Positions 52,157 to 64,000 of a stretch of DNA of 64,000 bases are shown here, in pieces; the first letter of the stretch is position 1, and every line of letters starts with the position of its first letter. The notes under the pieces were generated by a model that saw only the letters and a program-made list of their open reading frames with translations, made no database searches and had not been told where the DNA came from. The stretch lies in NCBI RefSeq assembly GCF_006345805.1, contig NC_043017.1:31620001-31684000 (forward strand), read 5' to 3'. Made by a program: the position numbers and the translations under genes. This stretch comes from Octopus sinensis. Its lineage: Eukaryota.

Positions 52157-52338
52157 CATACATACATATATACATATATACATACATACATGCATATATA
52201 CATGCATACATACATACATGCATACATACATACATACATACATACATACATACATACATGCATACGTACATGCATACATACATACAAACATACATATATA
52301 CATACATACATACATACATGCATACATACATACATGCA

Positions 52339-52371
<33 letters not shown>

Positions 52372-52515
52372 GTGTGTGTGTGTGTGTGTCTGTGTTTGTC
52401 CCCCCAGCATTACCTGACAACCGATGTTAGTGAGTTTACGTCCCCGTAACTTAGCGATAGAATAGGTATTAGGCTTACAAAGAATATGTCCTGGGGTCGA
52501 TTTGTTCGACTAAAT
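51121..52515 (+). mobile_element. SINE B whose internal microsatellite expanded to about 1.1 kb of (TACA)n
   Basis: Head 51121-51290, (TACA)n 51290-52368, tail 52375-52515. Confidence 0.85.
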
Positions 52516-52619
52516 GCGAGATCGATAAATGAAGTACCAGTTAAAATACTGGAGATCGATGTAATCGACTCGTCCCATGGGCCTATAGTAGAAAGGATTA
52601 GTGTTATTGTAGTTGTTGT

Positions 52620-52804
52620 TTGCCTTTAGTGGAGCAAATCGACCCCAGGACTTATTCTTTGTAAGCCTAGTACTTATTCTATCAGTCTCTTTTGCCGAAC
52701 CGCTAAGTTACTGGGACGTAAACACACCAGCATCGGTTGTCAAGCGATGTTGGTGGGGGACAAACACAGACACACAAACATACACACGCACACACACACC
52801 CATA

Positions 52805-52875
<71 letters not shown>

Positions 52876-53235
52876 TTTACGAAAAAAACAAAAGACAAAG
52901 ACAGGTGGTGTACAAAACAAACAGATGTATTAGTATAGCGCTCAGGAATAGGAAAAGTCTTTTACGTTTCGGGCCGTCGCTCTTCTACAGAAAGGGACAC
53001 AGAAAAAACAAAGAGAGAAACAATGAGAGAAAAAAATGTGTGTAGTGGCTAACGATCTATCATAGCGATATACGACGGGCTTCTTTCAGTTTGCATGTAC
53101 CAAATCCACTCACAAGATTTTCGTCGACCCGAGGCTATTGTAGAAGACACTTGCCCAAGGTGCCACGCAGTGGGACTGAACCCGGAACCATGTGGTTGGT
53201 AAGCAAGCTACTTACCACACAGCCACTTCTGCGCC
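52620..53235 (-). mobile_element. SINE B with a family D element (52860-53065) nested in its microsatellite
   Basis: D hammerhead motif on the minus strand at about 52957-52995: CTGTAGA-A-GAGC/GACG/GCCC-GAAAC-GT-A. Confidence 0.85.
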
Positions 53236-53706
53236 TATGATACATATTCTTTTGTAAGCGTATGAGAATTCCCAGCTGCTTTTGTGTAAGATATGAATTT
53301 ATGTCGTTAATCAAGTTGACTTTGATTTTGAAAGGACGCAAATTTGGATAAGTTTAGCGCAGCAACACAATTCTGAAAGTGAAGACGTTCTCCCCCCCCC
53401 ACCTCGTCCCCACTCCTCCTTCCTTCTCACATGTCATGGCATTGTATAGTCCTATTGTCTGAACAAACAAGCTGCAGCAGGAATAAAGACCAAAGATTTC
53501 ATGTAGAATTTCATGTAAGAGGAATTAGCGAATCACAGAATATGCAATGGGAATTGGAATTTAGATTGGCAAGCTTAAAGCACTGAACAACGAAATGACA
53601 ACCCGTAGATCCCTTTTAATTACTCAGCCCTTTCAGTGTTGAAATCGACAAATCTACATTGCGTGTAAAAATAGTGTTTTTTTGTTTTTCTTACTTCATC
53701 AACCAG

Positions 53707-53735
53707 ATAGTAAGGAACAGTCATAAGAAATTTCT
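53707..53735 (+). CDS. Candidate 29-nt microexon (IVRNSHKKF)
   Basis: Long polypyrimidine tract ending CAG|, and |GTGAGT donor. Confidence 0.3.
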
Positions 53736-54517
53736 GTGAGTTCAATTAACGAAAGTATAGAAACAACGCTTTGCGTCTAACCTTCCGTCTGAGTGTGAAA
53801 AGCAAAAGAAATACTGTTGTTGTTGTTGTTGTTGCTGTTGTTGTTGTTATTGCTGTCGTTGTTGACATCTGTGCTGTACACTTTATACTTCCATTATTCC
53901 AGCCAATGTAGCCCTCTACGTTTCACCAGTTACAACAAACTATATACGTTATATTATACGAAGTAGTTTCAAAAATTTGCCAGTCTAGTCATGTTTAATG
54001 AAAAATCTAAATATATAAAATTCAACTTGTGTGTCTGTGTGTGTATCTGTATGTGTGTCTGTGTGTTTAACTTCCCGGCACATCTCCTCCTAGCCAACAA
54101 ATCGTAGAACCGCAAAAAATGGGTCACTTAAAGTTTAGGCGAATGAAAATTGAACTGCGCTATTTCTATTCCGTAAATTGCATGAAAAATAAAAAATCAA
54201 GATATAAAAACGAATCGCCGCAAACATTGTAGAAATTCGGCAAAGAAATGAATTTTCGGGATGTAGCCTGGAGGGTTTTTTCGTATTAATCGTTTGGACT
54301 TTGTAAACACATACCAATTGTTTTCATAACATTTTTAACGCTTTGAATTAAATGTGACCATTTTGCAAAGCCGCGCAATACTGCTAGTAACTCATATAGC
54401 TAAGTTTTAACCTCGTCTCCTTCGAAATAGTCAACCCGTGCAGGTCCTGTCACCAAACTAGTTATAACGTACTTCTACTTTGCACACATTAATATGCACC
54501 TCTGTGCTATTTCTGTT

Positions 54518-54739
54518 TTACTCTCTCTTGACTCTTTTACTTGTTTCAGTCACTTGACTGTAGCCAAGCTGGAGCAACGCCTTTAGTCGAGCAAATCTGC
54601 CCCAGGACTTATTCTTTGTAAGCCTAGTACTTATTCTATCGGGCTCTCTTGCCGAACCGCTATGTTACGGGGACATAAACACACCAGCATCGGTTGTCAA
54701 GCGATGTTGAGGAGATAAACACAGACACACAAACATACA

Positions 54740-54770
<31 letters not shown>

Positions 54771-55051
54771 CACAGATATAGATATATAGATATAGATATA
54801 TAGATATAGATATATAGATATAGATATATAGATATATACACACACAGATATAGATATAGATATATAGATATAGATACATACATATATACGACGGGCTTCT
54901 TTCAGTTTCCGTCTACCAAACCCACTCTCAAGTCTTTGGTTCGCCCGAAGCTATAGTAGAAGACACTTGCCCAAGGTGCCACGCAGTGGGACTGAACCTG
55001 GAACCATGTGGTTGGTAAGCAAGCTACTTACCACACAGCTACTCCTACGCC
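54518..55051 (-). mobile_element. SINE B with internal (GATATA)n
   Basis: Full-length copy. Confidence 0.9.
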
Positions 55052-55164
55052 TATGCGTAACGTAATGTATTTTCAAGCATTGTCTGACGCCATGTTACAA
55101 GAGGACCCACATCAAAGTATCATGGTCCTATCCCAGTGTTTTAATGAAACTTGATCCACTGTAC

Positions 55165-55475
55165 AAGGTCACTCGAAACAGCTGTTCTTCACTCCTGCTC
55201 CAGAGCGTGGGCTGCGGGGCCACTCGAGAAAAGCTCTATCTGCGACGATTTCATCTCAATCGAAGGAGAGGAGCTTTCTCCGTCCGGATTGCGGATCCGT
55301 GGAATAAGCTGCCGGACGAGATAGTGAAGATGCCGACGACCGCTCGGTTCAAAGTCTCTCTTGACCGGAAATGGCCTGAACTCTTTGTATGACCATCCTC
55401 CCTGTACATAACTCCCTGCCCCCCTACATGGCCTTGCTTTTGCTTTTTGAGCCAATAAAAATTAAATTAAATTAC
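55165..55475 (+). pseudogene. 5'-truncated CR1-clade LINE 3' end
   Basis: RGHS..KL, RR.AFSVRI..PWNKLPDEIV..PT..RFKVSLDRKW*; 3' UTR ending in (AAATT)n. Confidence 0.85.
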
Positions 55476-55529
55476 ATTATAAGATTAAATTTCAAGCAGA
55501 GGGAGATGGAGTATAGAAAATAATCCAAC

Positions 55530-55800
55530 GAACGATAAACTCGTTGGGCTGAGAAGCTGTACACCATCCTCCCTATTCACCAGACCTAGCACCATCAGAT
55601 ATCCACGTCTCTAAGTCATTTGAATATTTTAATAGTGGAAGAAATATTCAGAAGCGGAGACAATGTCGAATGAGACTCCATCTATTTTTGTCTTCCAAAG
55701 AACTTGTTCTTTCCTTTAGCTTTTGCCCAAGGAATCAGAAAATTAGTTTCCATGTGGGAAAATGTTACTCATTACGACGGGGACTGTGTTGTGAATATAT
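55530..55800 (+). pseudogene. Mariner transposase 3' fragment
   Basis: HHPPYSPDLAPSDIH motif at about 55561-55605. Confidence 0.8.
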
Positions 55801-55895
55801 TTACGTTTTTTTGGGGGGCTTTTTTATGCTGTCTTGAACTCATTATACGAAACGTGACATTACTTCTCGGAATCCCTAATAATATGCATGCACGC

Positions 55896-56045
<150 letters not shown>

Positions 56046-56445
56046 TGGAAGTAGATAGATAGATAAATAGATAGATAGATAGATTTCTTTACAAGAAATA
56101 TATACATACATGCATGCATATACATACATACATGCATGGATACATACATGCATAAATGCATGCATGCACAGACATGCACGCACCCACACACACATTCACA
56201 CAAACACATGTATACCAGTGACAATATTCTTCTACACTATATGATTGCTAACCCACCTCTACGTACAAAATTACCAGCTATACCTCTAAACTATACAGCT
56301 ACACTATAGTATACACACACCTACAATATAAGAGTTATAATATATCTCTACACTATGTAGGTGATAGTATACCCCTAATACACCCAGGGAAGTTACTATC
56401 GTTCTTCGTTTCAAGTACTTCTTAAAAGTATATTTTCTAATAAAT

Positions 56446-56830
56446 GTGGAAGCACTCCGTCGGTTACGACGATGAGGGTTCCGGTTGATCCGATCAACGG
56501 AACAGCCTGCTCGTGAAATTGACGTGTAAGTGGCTGAGCGCTCCACAGACACGTGTAACCTTCACGTAGTTCTCGGGGATATTCAGCGTGACACAGAGAG
56601 TGACAAGGCCGGCCCTTTGAAATACAGGTACAACAGAAACGGGAAGTAAGAGTGTGAGAAAGTTGTGGTGAAAGAGTACAGCAGTGATCACCACCATCCC
56701 CTGCCGGAGCCTCGTGGAGCTTTAGGTGTTTTCGCTCAATAAACACTCACAACGCCCGGCCTGGGAATCGAAACCGCGATCCTACGACTGCGAGTCCGCT
56801 GCCCTAACCACTAGGCCATTGCGCCTCCAC
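56446..56830 (-). mobile_element. Full-length SINE family C with 10-bp TSD
   Basis: TCTAATAAAT at 56436-56445 and 56831-56840; tRNA-like head with GGTTTCGATTCC. Confidence 0.9.
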
Positions 56831-56980
56831 TCTAATAAATACGATACAGCTATGCAAAATACAGAGACGGAAAATAAAATATCCATAATTTTTGTCCACC
56901 TCAAACTATTCTTATTTCGAATTTTATTAAACTTATGTCAATAAGAAAACAGAACACTAGGTGCAAAAAGAAATACCAAA

Positions 56981-57560
56981 TATTGGTTTCGACTTTTGGA
57001 ACAAGGTCAGAAATTTCGGGGAGGAGGCTAGTCGATTACATCGACACCAGTGTTTAACTGGTACTTTATGTTATCTACCCCGAAAGGATGAAAGGTAAAG
57101 TTGACATCGGCGGAATTTGAACTCAGAACGTAACAGCAGACGAAATACCTATTTCTTTACTACCCACAAGGGGCTAAACACAGAGGGAACAAACAAGGAC
57201 AGACAAAGTTATTAAGTCGATTACATCGACCCCAGTGCTCAACTGGTACTTTATTTATCGACCCCGAAAGGATGAAAGGCAAAGTCGACCTCGGCGGAAT
57301 TTGAACTCAGAACGTAACAGCAGACGAAATACATATTTCTTTACTACCCACAAGGGGCTAAACACAGAGGGAACAAACAAGGACAGACAAAGTTATTAAG
57401 TCGATTACATCGACCCCAGTGCTCAACTGGTACTTTATTTATCGACCCCGAAAGGATGAAAGGCAAAGTCGACCTCGGCGGAATTTGAACTCACAACGTA
57501 ACGCAGACGAAATACCGCATTTCGCCCGGCGTGCTACCGTTTCTGCCAGCTCGCCGCCTT
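56981..57560 (-). mobile_element. SINE family A trimer
   Basis: Two GACGAAATAC(C/A)TATTTCTTTAC junctions; one full head at 57560. Confidence 0.9.
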
Positions 57561-57829
57561 TTACCGTGTGCTGCCATCTGTCGGGAAACTTTTCTATATC
57601 AGCTCGTAAAGACGACGAAATGCGTTTAAGCATGTTTCTTTGAACGACAGTTGTGTCATTAAACAAATCATACAGCATGTAATGTAGGTACGACTGTTAT
57701 GCTATCTGCATCTGCGGTGTGCTTATCTACCGGTTATGTATCTCACGAAAAATCAGTCTATCTCTTAGTTTTATCAGCCTTTATCGAGTTCGGCAATGGT
57801 TAACCAAAAGTTTTCTTTTTGGCAGGTTA

Positions 57830-59000
57830 ATGCTTTTCATTATTAGAAAGGAAGAAAGCGCTACAAAAACGTGTAAAGTCATTTTGGGAAATGTTAGGTG
57901 AAGGTGTTGCCAGTAAACCAATGGTTCTGAAATGGTTTCTGGAGGGTTCAGCCTAGGAAAACCTTCAGAGTTGGATGACAATCCTTTGAGGGTAAACATT
58001 GGAGTCGGTCCAACATTCACGATGTGGGAGTTTGCGGCAAAGCTACAAGGATCTGCATTCTATCTGCAACATGCAATTCAAACACCATGAAGCAATAATT
58101 ACTGAAGCGACTGCGAGTGCAGATGAAAAATGGATTGTCTACGATACGACAGTGTGGAAAGGATCCTAGCATTTGTGTCAGAATCCATCAAACAACTGTC
58201 GAAGTTAAATGTTCGAGCAAAATAAGTTCTGCTTTGTGTTTACTGGGATTTCAAAACCATTACTCTTTTTCTTGTTTCAGTCATTTGACTGCGGCCATGC
58301 TGGAGCACCGATTTTAGTCGAGCAAATCGACCCCGGGACTTATTCTTTGTAAGACCAGTAGTTATTCTATCGGTCTGTTTTGCCGAACCACTAAGTGTCG
58401 GGGACGTAAACACACCAGCATCGGTTGTCAAGCAATGCTAGGGGGACAATCACACAAACACATACACACACATATATATACATATATATACGATGGGCTT
58501 CTTTCAGTTTCCGTCTACCAAATCCACTCAAAAGGCATTTGTCGGCCCGGGGCTATAGCAGAAGACACTTGCCCAAGATGCCACGCAGTGGGACTGAACC
58601 CGGAACCATGTAGCTGGTTAGCAAGCTACTTACCACACAGCCACTCCTGTGCCATTATCTATTTTGAGATACTATCAGGCAATCAGACCATCAATTCCGT
58701 TGTGTGCTGCTGAGAGGAAATCGCCAAAACTAGCCAACAGGCAAAGGGTTTTGTTTCTTAGACAACACCAGACCTCATGTCCCTTTGTCTATCCGTTTGT
58801 TGCATGAGTTTGGTTTAGATCTCTTATCGCATCCACAATACTCGTCCCATATTGAGCCCTTATAACTTTCATTTGTTCAAGTCTCTGCAAAATTTCTTCA
58901 ACGGAACGTCATTTAATGATTCTAAATTCTAATGCAATTTATTTCTCTCCAAGACAGCTTAGTCCCACGAAGATAGAATTCTGAATCTGCCGTATTGATG
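57830..59000 (+). pseudogene. Decayed mariner transposase split by a SINE B (58261-58653)
   Basis: ADEKWIVYD; LCVYWDFKT|IIYFEIL continuous across the SINE; DNTRPH; HPQYS..NFHLFKSLQNF. Ends approximate. Confidence 0.75.
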
Positions 59001-59118
59001 GACTTCAACAAAAATAAAGGTTACTTTGATGAATAAAAATTATCGTTATACAAATAAATTTCCTTTATTTCCATCCATAAAAAACACTCAAAAATTTCTG
59101 AACGACCTGATATATACT

Positions 59119-62100
59119 TATTTCTTTATTTACCCACAAGAGGCTAAACACGGAGAGGACAAACAAGGACAGATAAACGGATTAAGTCGATTACACCGAC
59201 CCCAGTGCGTAACTGGTACTTAATCTATCGACTCCGAAGGTTTGAAGGGCAAAGTCGACCTCGGCGGAATTTGAACTCAGAACGTAGCGACAGACGAAAT
59301 ACCTATTTCTTTACTACCCACAAGAGGCTAAACACAGACGGGACAAACAAGGACAGACAAACAGATTAAGTCGATTACATCGACCCCAGTGCGTAACTGG
59401 TACTTAATTTATCGACTCCGAAGGTTTGAAAGGCAAAGTCGACCTCGGCGGAATTTGAACTCAGAACGTAGCGACAGACGAAATACCTATTTCTTTACTA
59501 CCCACAAGGGGCTAAACACAGAGGGGACAAACAAGGACAGACAAACGGATTAAGTCGATTACATCGACCCCAGTGCGTAAATGGTACTTAATTTATCGAC
59601 TCCGAAGGTTTGAAAGGCAAAGTCGACCTCGGCGGAATTTGAACTCAGAACGTAGCGACAGACGAAATGCCTATTTCTTTACTACCCACAAGGGGCTAAA
59701 CACAGACAGAACAAACAAGGACAGACAAACGGATTAAGTCGATTACATCGACCCCAGTGCGTAACTGGTACTTAATTTATCGACTCCGAAGGTTTGAAAG
59801 GCAAAGTCGACCTCGGCGGTATTTGAACTCAGAACGTAGCGACAGACGAAATACATATTTCTTTACTACCTACAAGAGGCTAAACACAGAGGGGACAACA
59901 AGAACAAGGACAGACAAACGGATTAAGTCGATTATATCGACCCCAGTGCGTAACTGGTACTTAATTTATCGACTCCGAAGGTTTGAAAGGCAAAGTCGAC
60001 CTCGGCGGAATTTGAACTCAAAACGTTGCGACAGACGAAATACCTATTTCTTTACTACCCACAAGAGGCTAAACACAGAGGGGACAAACAAGGACAGACA
60101 AACGGATTAAGTCGATTACATCGACCCCAGTGCGTAACTGGTACTTAATTTATCGACTCCGAAGGTTGAAAGGCAAAGTCGACCTCGGCGGAATTTGAAC
60201 TCAGAACGTAGCGACAGACGAAATACCTATTTCTTTACTACCCACAAGAGGCTAAACACAGAGGGGACAAACAAGAACAGACAAACGGATTAAGTCGATT
60301 ACATCGACCCCAGTGCGTAACTGGTACTTAATTTATCGACTCCGAAATTTTGAAAAGCAAAGTCGACCTCGGCGGAATTTGAACTCAGAACGTAGCGACA
60401 GACGAAATACTTATTTCTTTACTACCCACAAGAGGCTAAACACAGAGGGGACAACAAGAACAGACAAACGGATTAAGTCGATTATATCGACCCCAGTGCG
60501 TAACTGGTACTTAATTTATCGACTCCGAAGGTTTGAAAGGCAAAGTCGACCTCGGCGGAATTTGAACTCAGAACGTTGCGACAGACGAAATACCTATTTC
60601 TTTACTACCACAAGAGGCTAAACACACAGAGGTGACAAACAAGGACAGACAAACGGATTAAGTCGATTACATCGACCCCAGTGCGTAGTGGTACTTAATT
60701 TATCGACTCCGAAGGTTGAAAGGCAAAGTCGACCTCGGCGGAATTTGAACTCAGAACGTAGCGACAGACGAATACTATTTCTTTACTACCCACAAGAGGC
60801 TAAACACAGAGGGGACAACAGAACAAGGACAGACAAACGGATTAAGTCGATTATATCGACCCCAGTGCGTAACTGGTACTTAATTTATCGACACCGAAGG
60901 TTTGAAAGGCAAAGTCGACCTCGGCGGAATTTGAACTCAAAACGTTGCGACAGACGAAATACCTATTTCTTTACTACCCACAAGAGGCTAAACACAGAGG
61001 GGACAACAAACAAGGACAGACAAACGGATTAAGTCGATTATATCGACCCCAGTGCGTAACTGGTACTTAATTTATCGACTCCGAAGGTTTGAAAGGCAAA
61101 GTCGACCTCGGCGGAATTTGAACTCAAAACGTTGCGACAGACGAAATACCTATTTCTTTACTACCCACAAGAGGCTAAACACAGAGGGGACAAACAAGGA
61201 CAGACAAACGGATTAAGTCGATTACATCGACCCCAGTGCGTAACTGGTACTTAATTTATCGACTCCGAAGGGTTGAAAGGCAAAGTCGACCTCGGCGGAA
61301 TTTGAACTCAGAACGTAGCGACAGACGAAATACCTATTCTTTACTCCCACAAGAGGCTAAACACAGAGGGGACAAACAAGAACAGACAAACGGATTAAGT
61401 CGATTACATCGACCCCAGTGCGTAACTGGTACTTAATTTATCGACTCCGAAAGTTTGAAGCAAAGTCGACCTTGGCGCAATTTGAACTCAGAACGTAGCG
61501 ACAGACGAAATAATATTTCTTTACTACCCACAAGAGGCTAAACACAGAGGGGACAACAAGAACAAGGACAGACAAACGGATTAAGTCGATTATATCGACC
61601 CCAGTGCGTAACTGGTACTTAATTTATCGACTCCGAGGTTGAAAGGCAAAGTCGACCTCGGCGGAATTTGAACTCAGAACGTTGCGACAGACGAAATACC
61701 GATTTCTTTACTACCACAAGAGGCTAAACACAGAGGGGACAAACAAGGACAGGCAAACGGATTAAGTCGATTACATCGACCCCAGTGCGTAGCTGGTACT
61801 TAATTTATCGACTCCGAAGGTTTGAAAGGCAAAGTCGACCTCGGCGAATTTGAACTCAGAACGTAGCGACAGACGAAATACTTATTTCTTTACTACCCAC
61901 AAGGGCTAAACACAGAGGGGAAACAAGAACAAGGACAGACAAACGGATTAAGTCGATTATATCGACCCCAGTGCGTAACTGGTACTTAATTTATCGACAC
62001 CGAAGGTTTGAAAGGCAAAGTCGACTCGGCGGAATTTGAACTCAAAACGTTGCGACAGACGAAATACCTATTTCTTTACTACCCACAGAGGCTAAACACA

Positions 62101-64000
62101 GAGGGGACGAACAAGGACAGACAAACGGATTAAGTCGATTACATCGACCCCAGTGCGTAACTGGTACTTAATTTATCGACTCCGAAGTTTGAAGGCAAAG
62201 TCGAACTCGGCGGAATTTGAACTCAGAACGTAGTGACAGACGAAATACCTATTCTTTACTACCCACAGAGGCTAAACACAGAGGGGACAAACAAGGACAG
62301 ACAAACGGATTAAGTCGATTACATCGACCCCAGTGCGTAACTGGTACTTAATTTATCGACTCCGAATGGTTGAAGGCAAAGTCGACCTCGGCGGAATTTG
62401 AACTCAAACGTTTCCGACAGACGAAATACCTATTTCTTTACTACCACAAGAGGCTAAACACAGGGGGACAAACAAGAACAGACAACGGATTAAGTCGATT
62501 ACATCGACCCCAGTGCGTAACTGGTACTTAATTTATCGACTCCGAAGGTTGAAAGGCAAAGTCGACCTCGGCGGAATTTAACTCAAAACGTTGCGACAGA
62601 CGAAATACCTATTCTTTACTACCCACAAGAGGCTAAACACAGAGGGGACAACAAGAACAGACAAACGGATTAAGTCGATTACATCGACCCCAGTGCGTAA
62701 CTGGTACTTAATTTATCGACTCCGAAAGTTTGAAAAGCAAAGTCGACCTCGGCGGAATTTGAACTCAAAACGTAGCGACAGACGAAATACTTATTTCTTT
62801 ACTACCCACAAGAGGCTAACACAGAGGGGACAACAATACAAGGACAGACAAACGGATTAAGTCGATTATATCGACCCCAGTGCGTAACTGGTACTTATTT
62901 ATCGACTCCGAAGGTTGAAAGGCAAAGTCGACCTCGGCGGAATTTGAACCAAAACGTTGCGACAGACGAAATACCTATTTCTTTACTACCCACAAGAGGC
63001 TAAACACAGAGGGGACAAACAAGGACAGACAAACGGATTAAGTCGATTACATCGACCCCAGTGCGTAACTGGTACTTAATTTATCGTCTCCGAAGGTTTG
63101 AAAGGCAAAGTCGACCTCGGCGGAATTTGAACTCAGAACGTAAGACAGACGAAATACCTATTTCTTATTACACCACAAAGGGCTAAACACAAAGGGGGAC
63201 AAACAAGAACAGACAAACGGATTAAGTCGATTACATCGACCCCAGTGCGTAACTGGTACTTAATTATCGACTCCGAAGGTTTGAAAGGCAATCGACCTCG
63301 GCGGAATTTGAAATCAGAACGTAGCGACAGACGAAATACCTATTTCTTTACTACCACAAGGGGCTAAACACAGAGGGGACAAACAAGGACAGACAAACGG
63401 ATTAAGTCGATTACATCGACCCCAGTGCGTAACTGGTACTTAATTTATCGACTCCGAAGGTTGAAAGGCAAAGTCGACCTCGGCGGAATTTGAACTCAGA
63501 ACGTAGCGACAGACGAAATGCTATTTCTTTACTACCCACAAGGGGCTAAACACAGACCAACAAACAAGGACAGACAAACGGATTAAGTCGATTACATCGA
63601 CCCCAGTGCGTAACTGGTACTTAATTTATCGACCCGAAGTTTGAAAGGCAAAGTCGACCTCGGCGGTATTTGAACTCAGAACGTAGCGACAGACGAAATA
63701 CCTATTTCTTTACTACTACAAGAGGCTAAACACAGAGGGGACAAACAAGGACAGACAACGGATTAAGTCGATTACATCGACCCCAGTGCGTAACTGGTAC
63801 TTAATTTATCGACTCCGAAGGATGAAAGGCAAAGTCGACCTCGGCGGAATTGAACTCAGAACGTAGCGACAGACAAATACCTATTTCTTTACTACCCACA
63901 GAGGCTAAACACAGAGGGGGACAATACAAGAACAGACAACGGATTAAGTCGATACATCGACCCCAGTGCGTAACTGGTACTTAATTTATCGACTCCGAAA
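59119..64000 (-). repeat. SINE A-derived satellite, about 184-bp units, at least 26 copies, continuing past the window end
   Basis: Units start at 59304, 59488, 59672 and so on; each lacks the first about 45 nt (A-box) of the SINE. Confidence 0.97.

Noticed and set aside
51207-52449. Long ORFs (up to 397 aa) of YVCM/HTYI repeats; similar ORFs in other microsatellites
   Set aside because: Translations of (TACA)n, (TA)n, (CT)n and (TAT)n that lack stops by composition.
59119-64000. Retrozyme interpretation of the 184-bp array
   Set aside because: No CTGANGA...GAAA hammerhead core on either strand of the unit.
61200-64000. Many single-base indels among satellite units
   Set aside because: Mostly homopolymer deletions, consistent with long-read consensus error rather than biology.

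Overview
Repeat-dense, AT-rich metazoan DNA. The tRNA-derived SINE families point to an octopus or related coleoid cephalopod (inference). No intact host gene is recognisable; a few weak candidate exons are listed. Contents: about 20 copies of a CORE-like tRNA SINE with an internal microsatellite, plus three other tRNA-SINE families; a recent non-autonomous Gypsy-type LTR element (2469-5222) nested in a MITE; decayed Tc1, mariner and Tigger transposons; fragments of Dong/R4, CR1 and Penelope-like (GIY-YIG) retroelements; several foldback MITEs; a 4-kb 26-bp minisatellite; and a SINE-derived satellite of about 184-bp units running off the right end. The most unusual signal is a set of small non-coding elements with non-canonical hammerhead ribozyme motifs. 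One has a non-circularly permuted strand order (12858-12929), one sits at the apex of a 294-bp palindrome (32303-32349), and one family has a fixed A6U core change. A decayed Penelope GIY-YIG element in the window may represent their mobilising partner. Second, one SINE family forms head-to-tail multimers with the same junction at independent loci and has expanded into a satellite.
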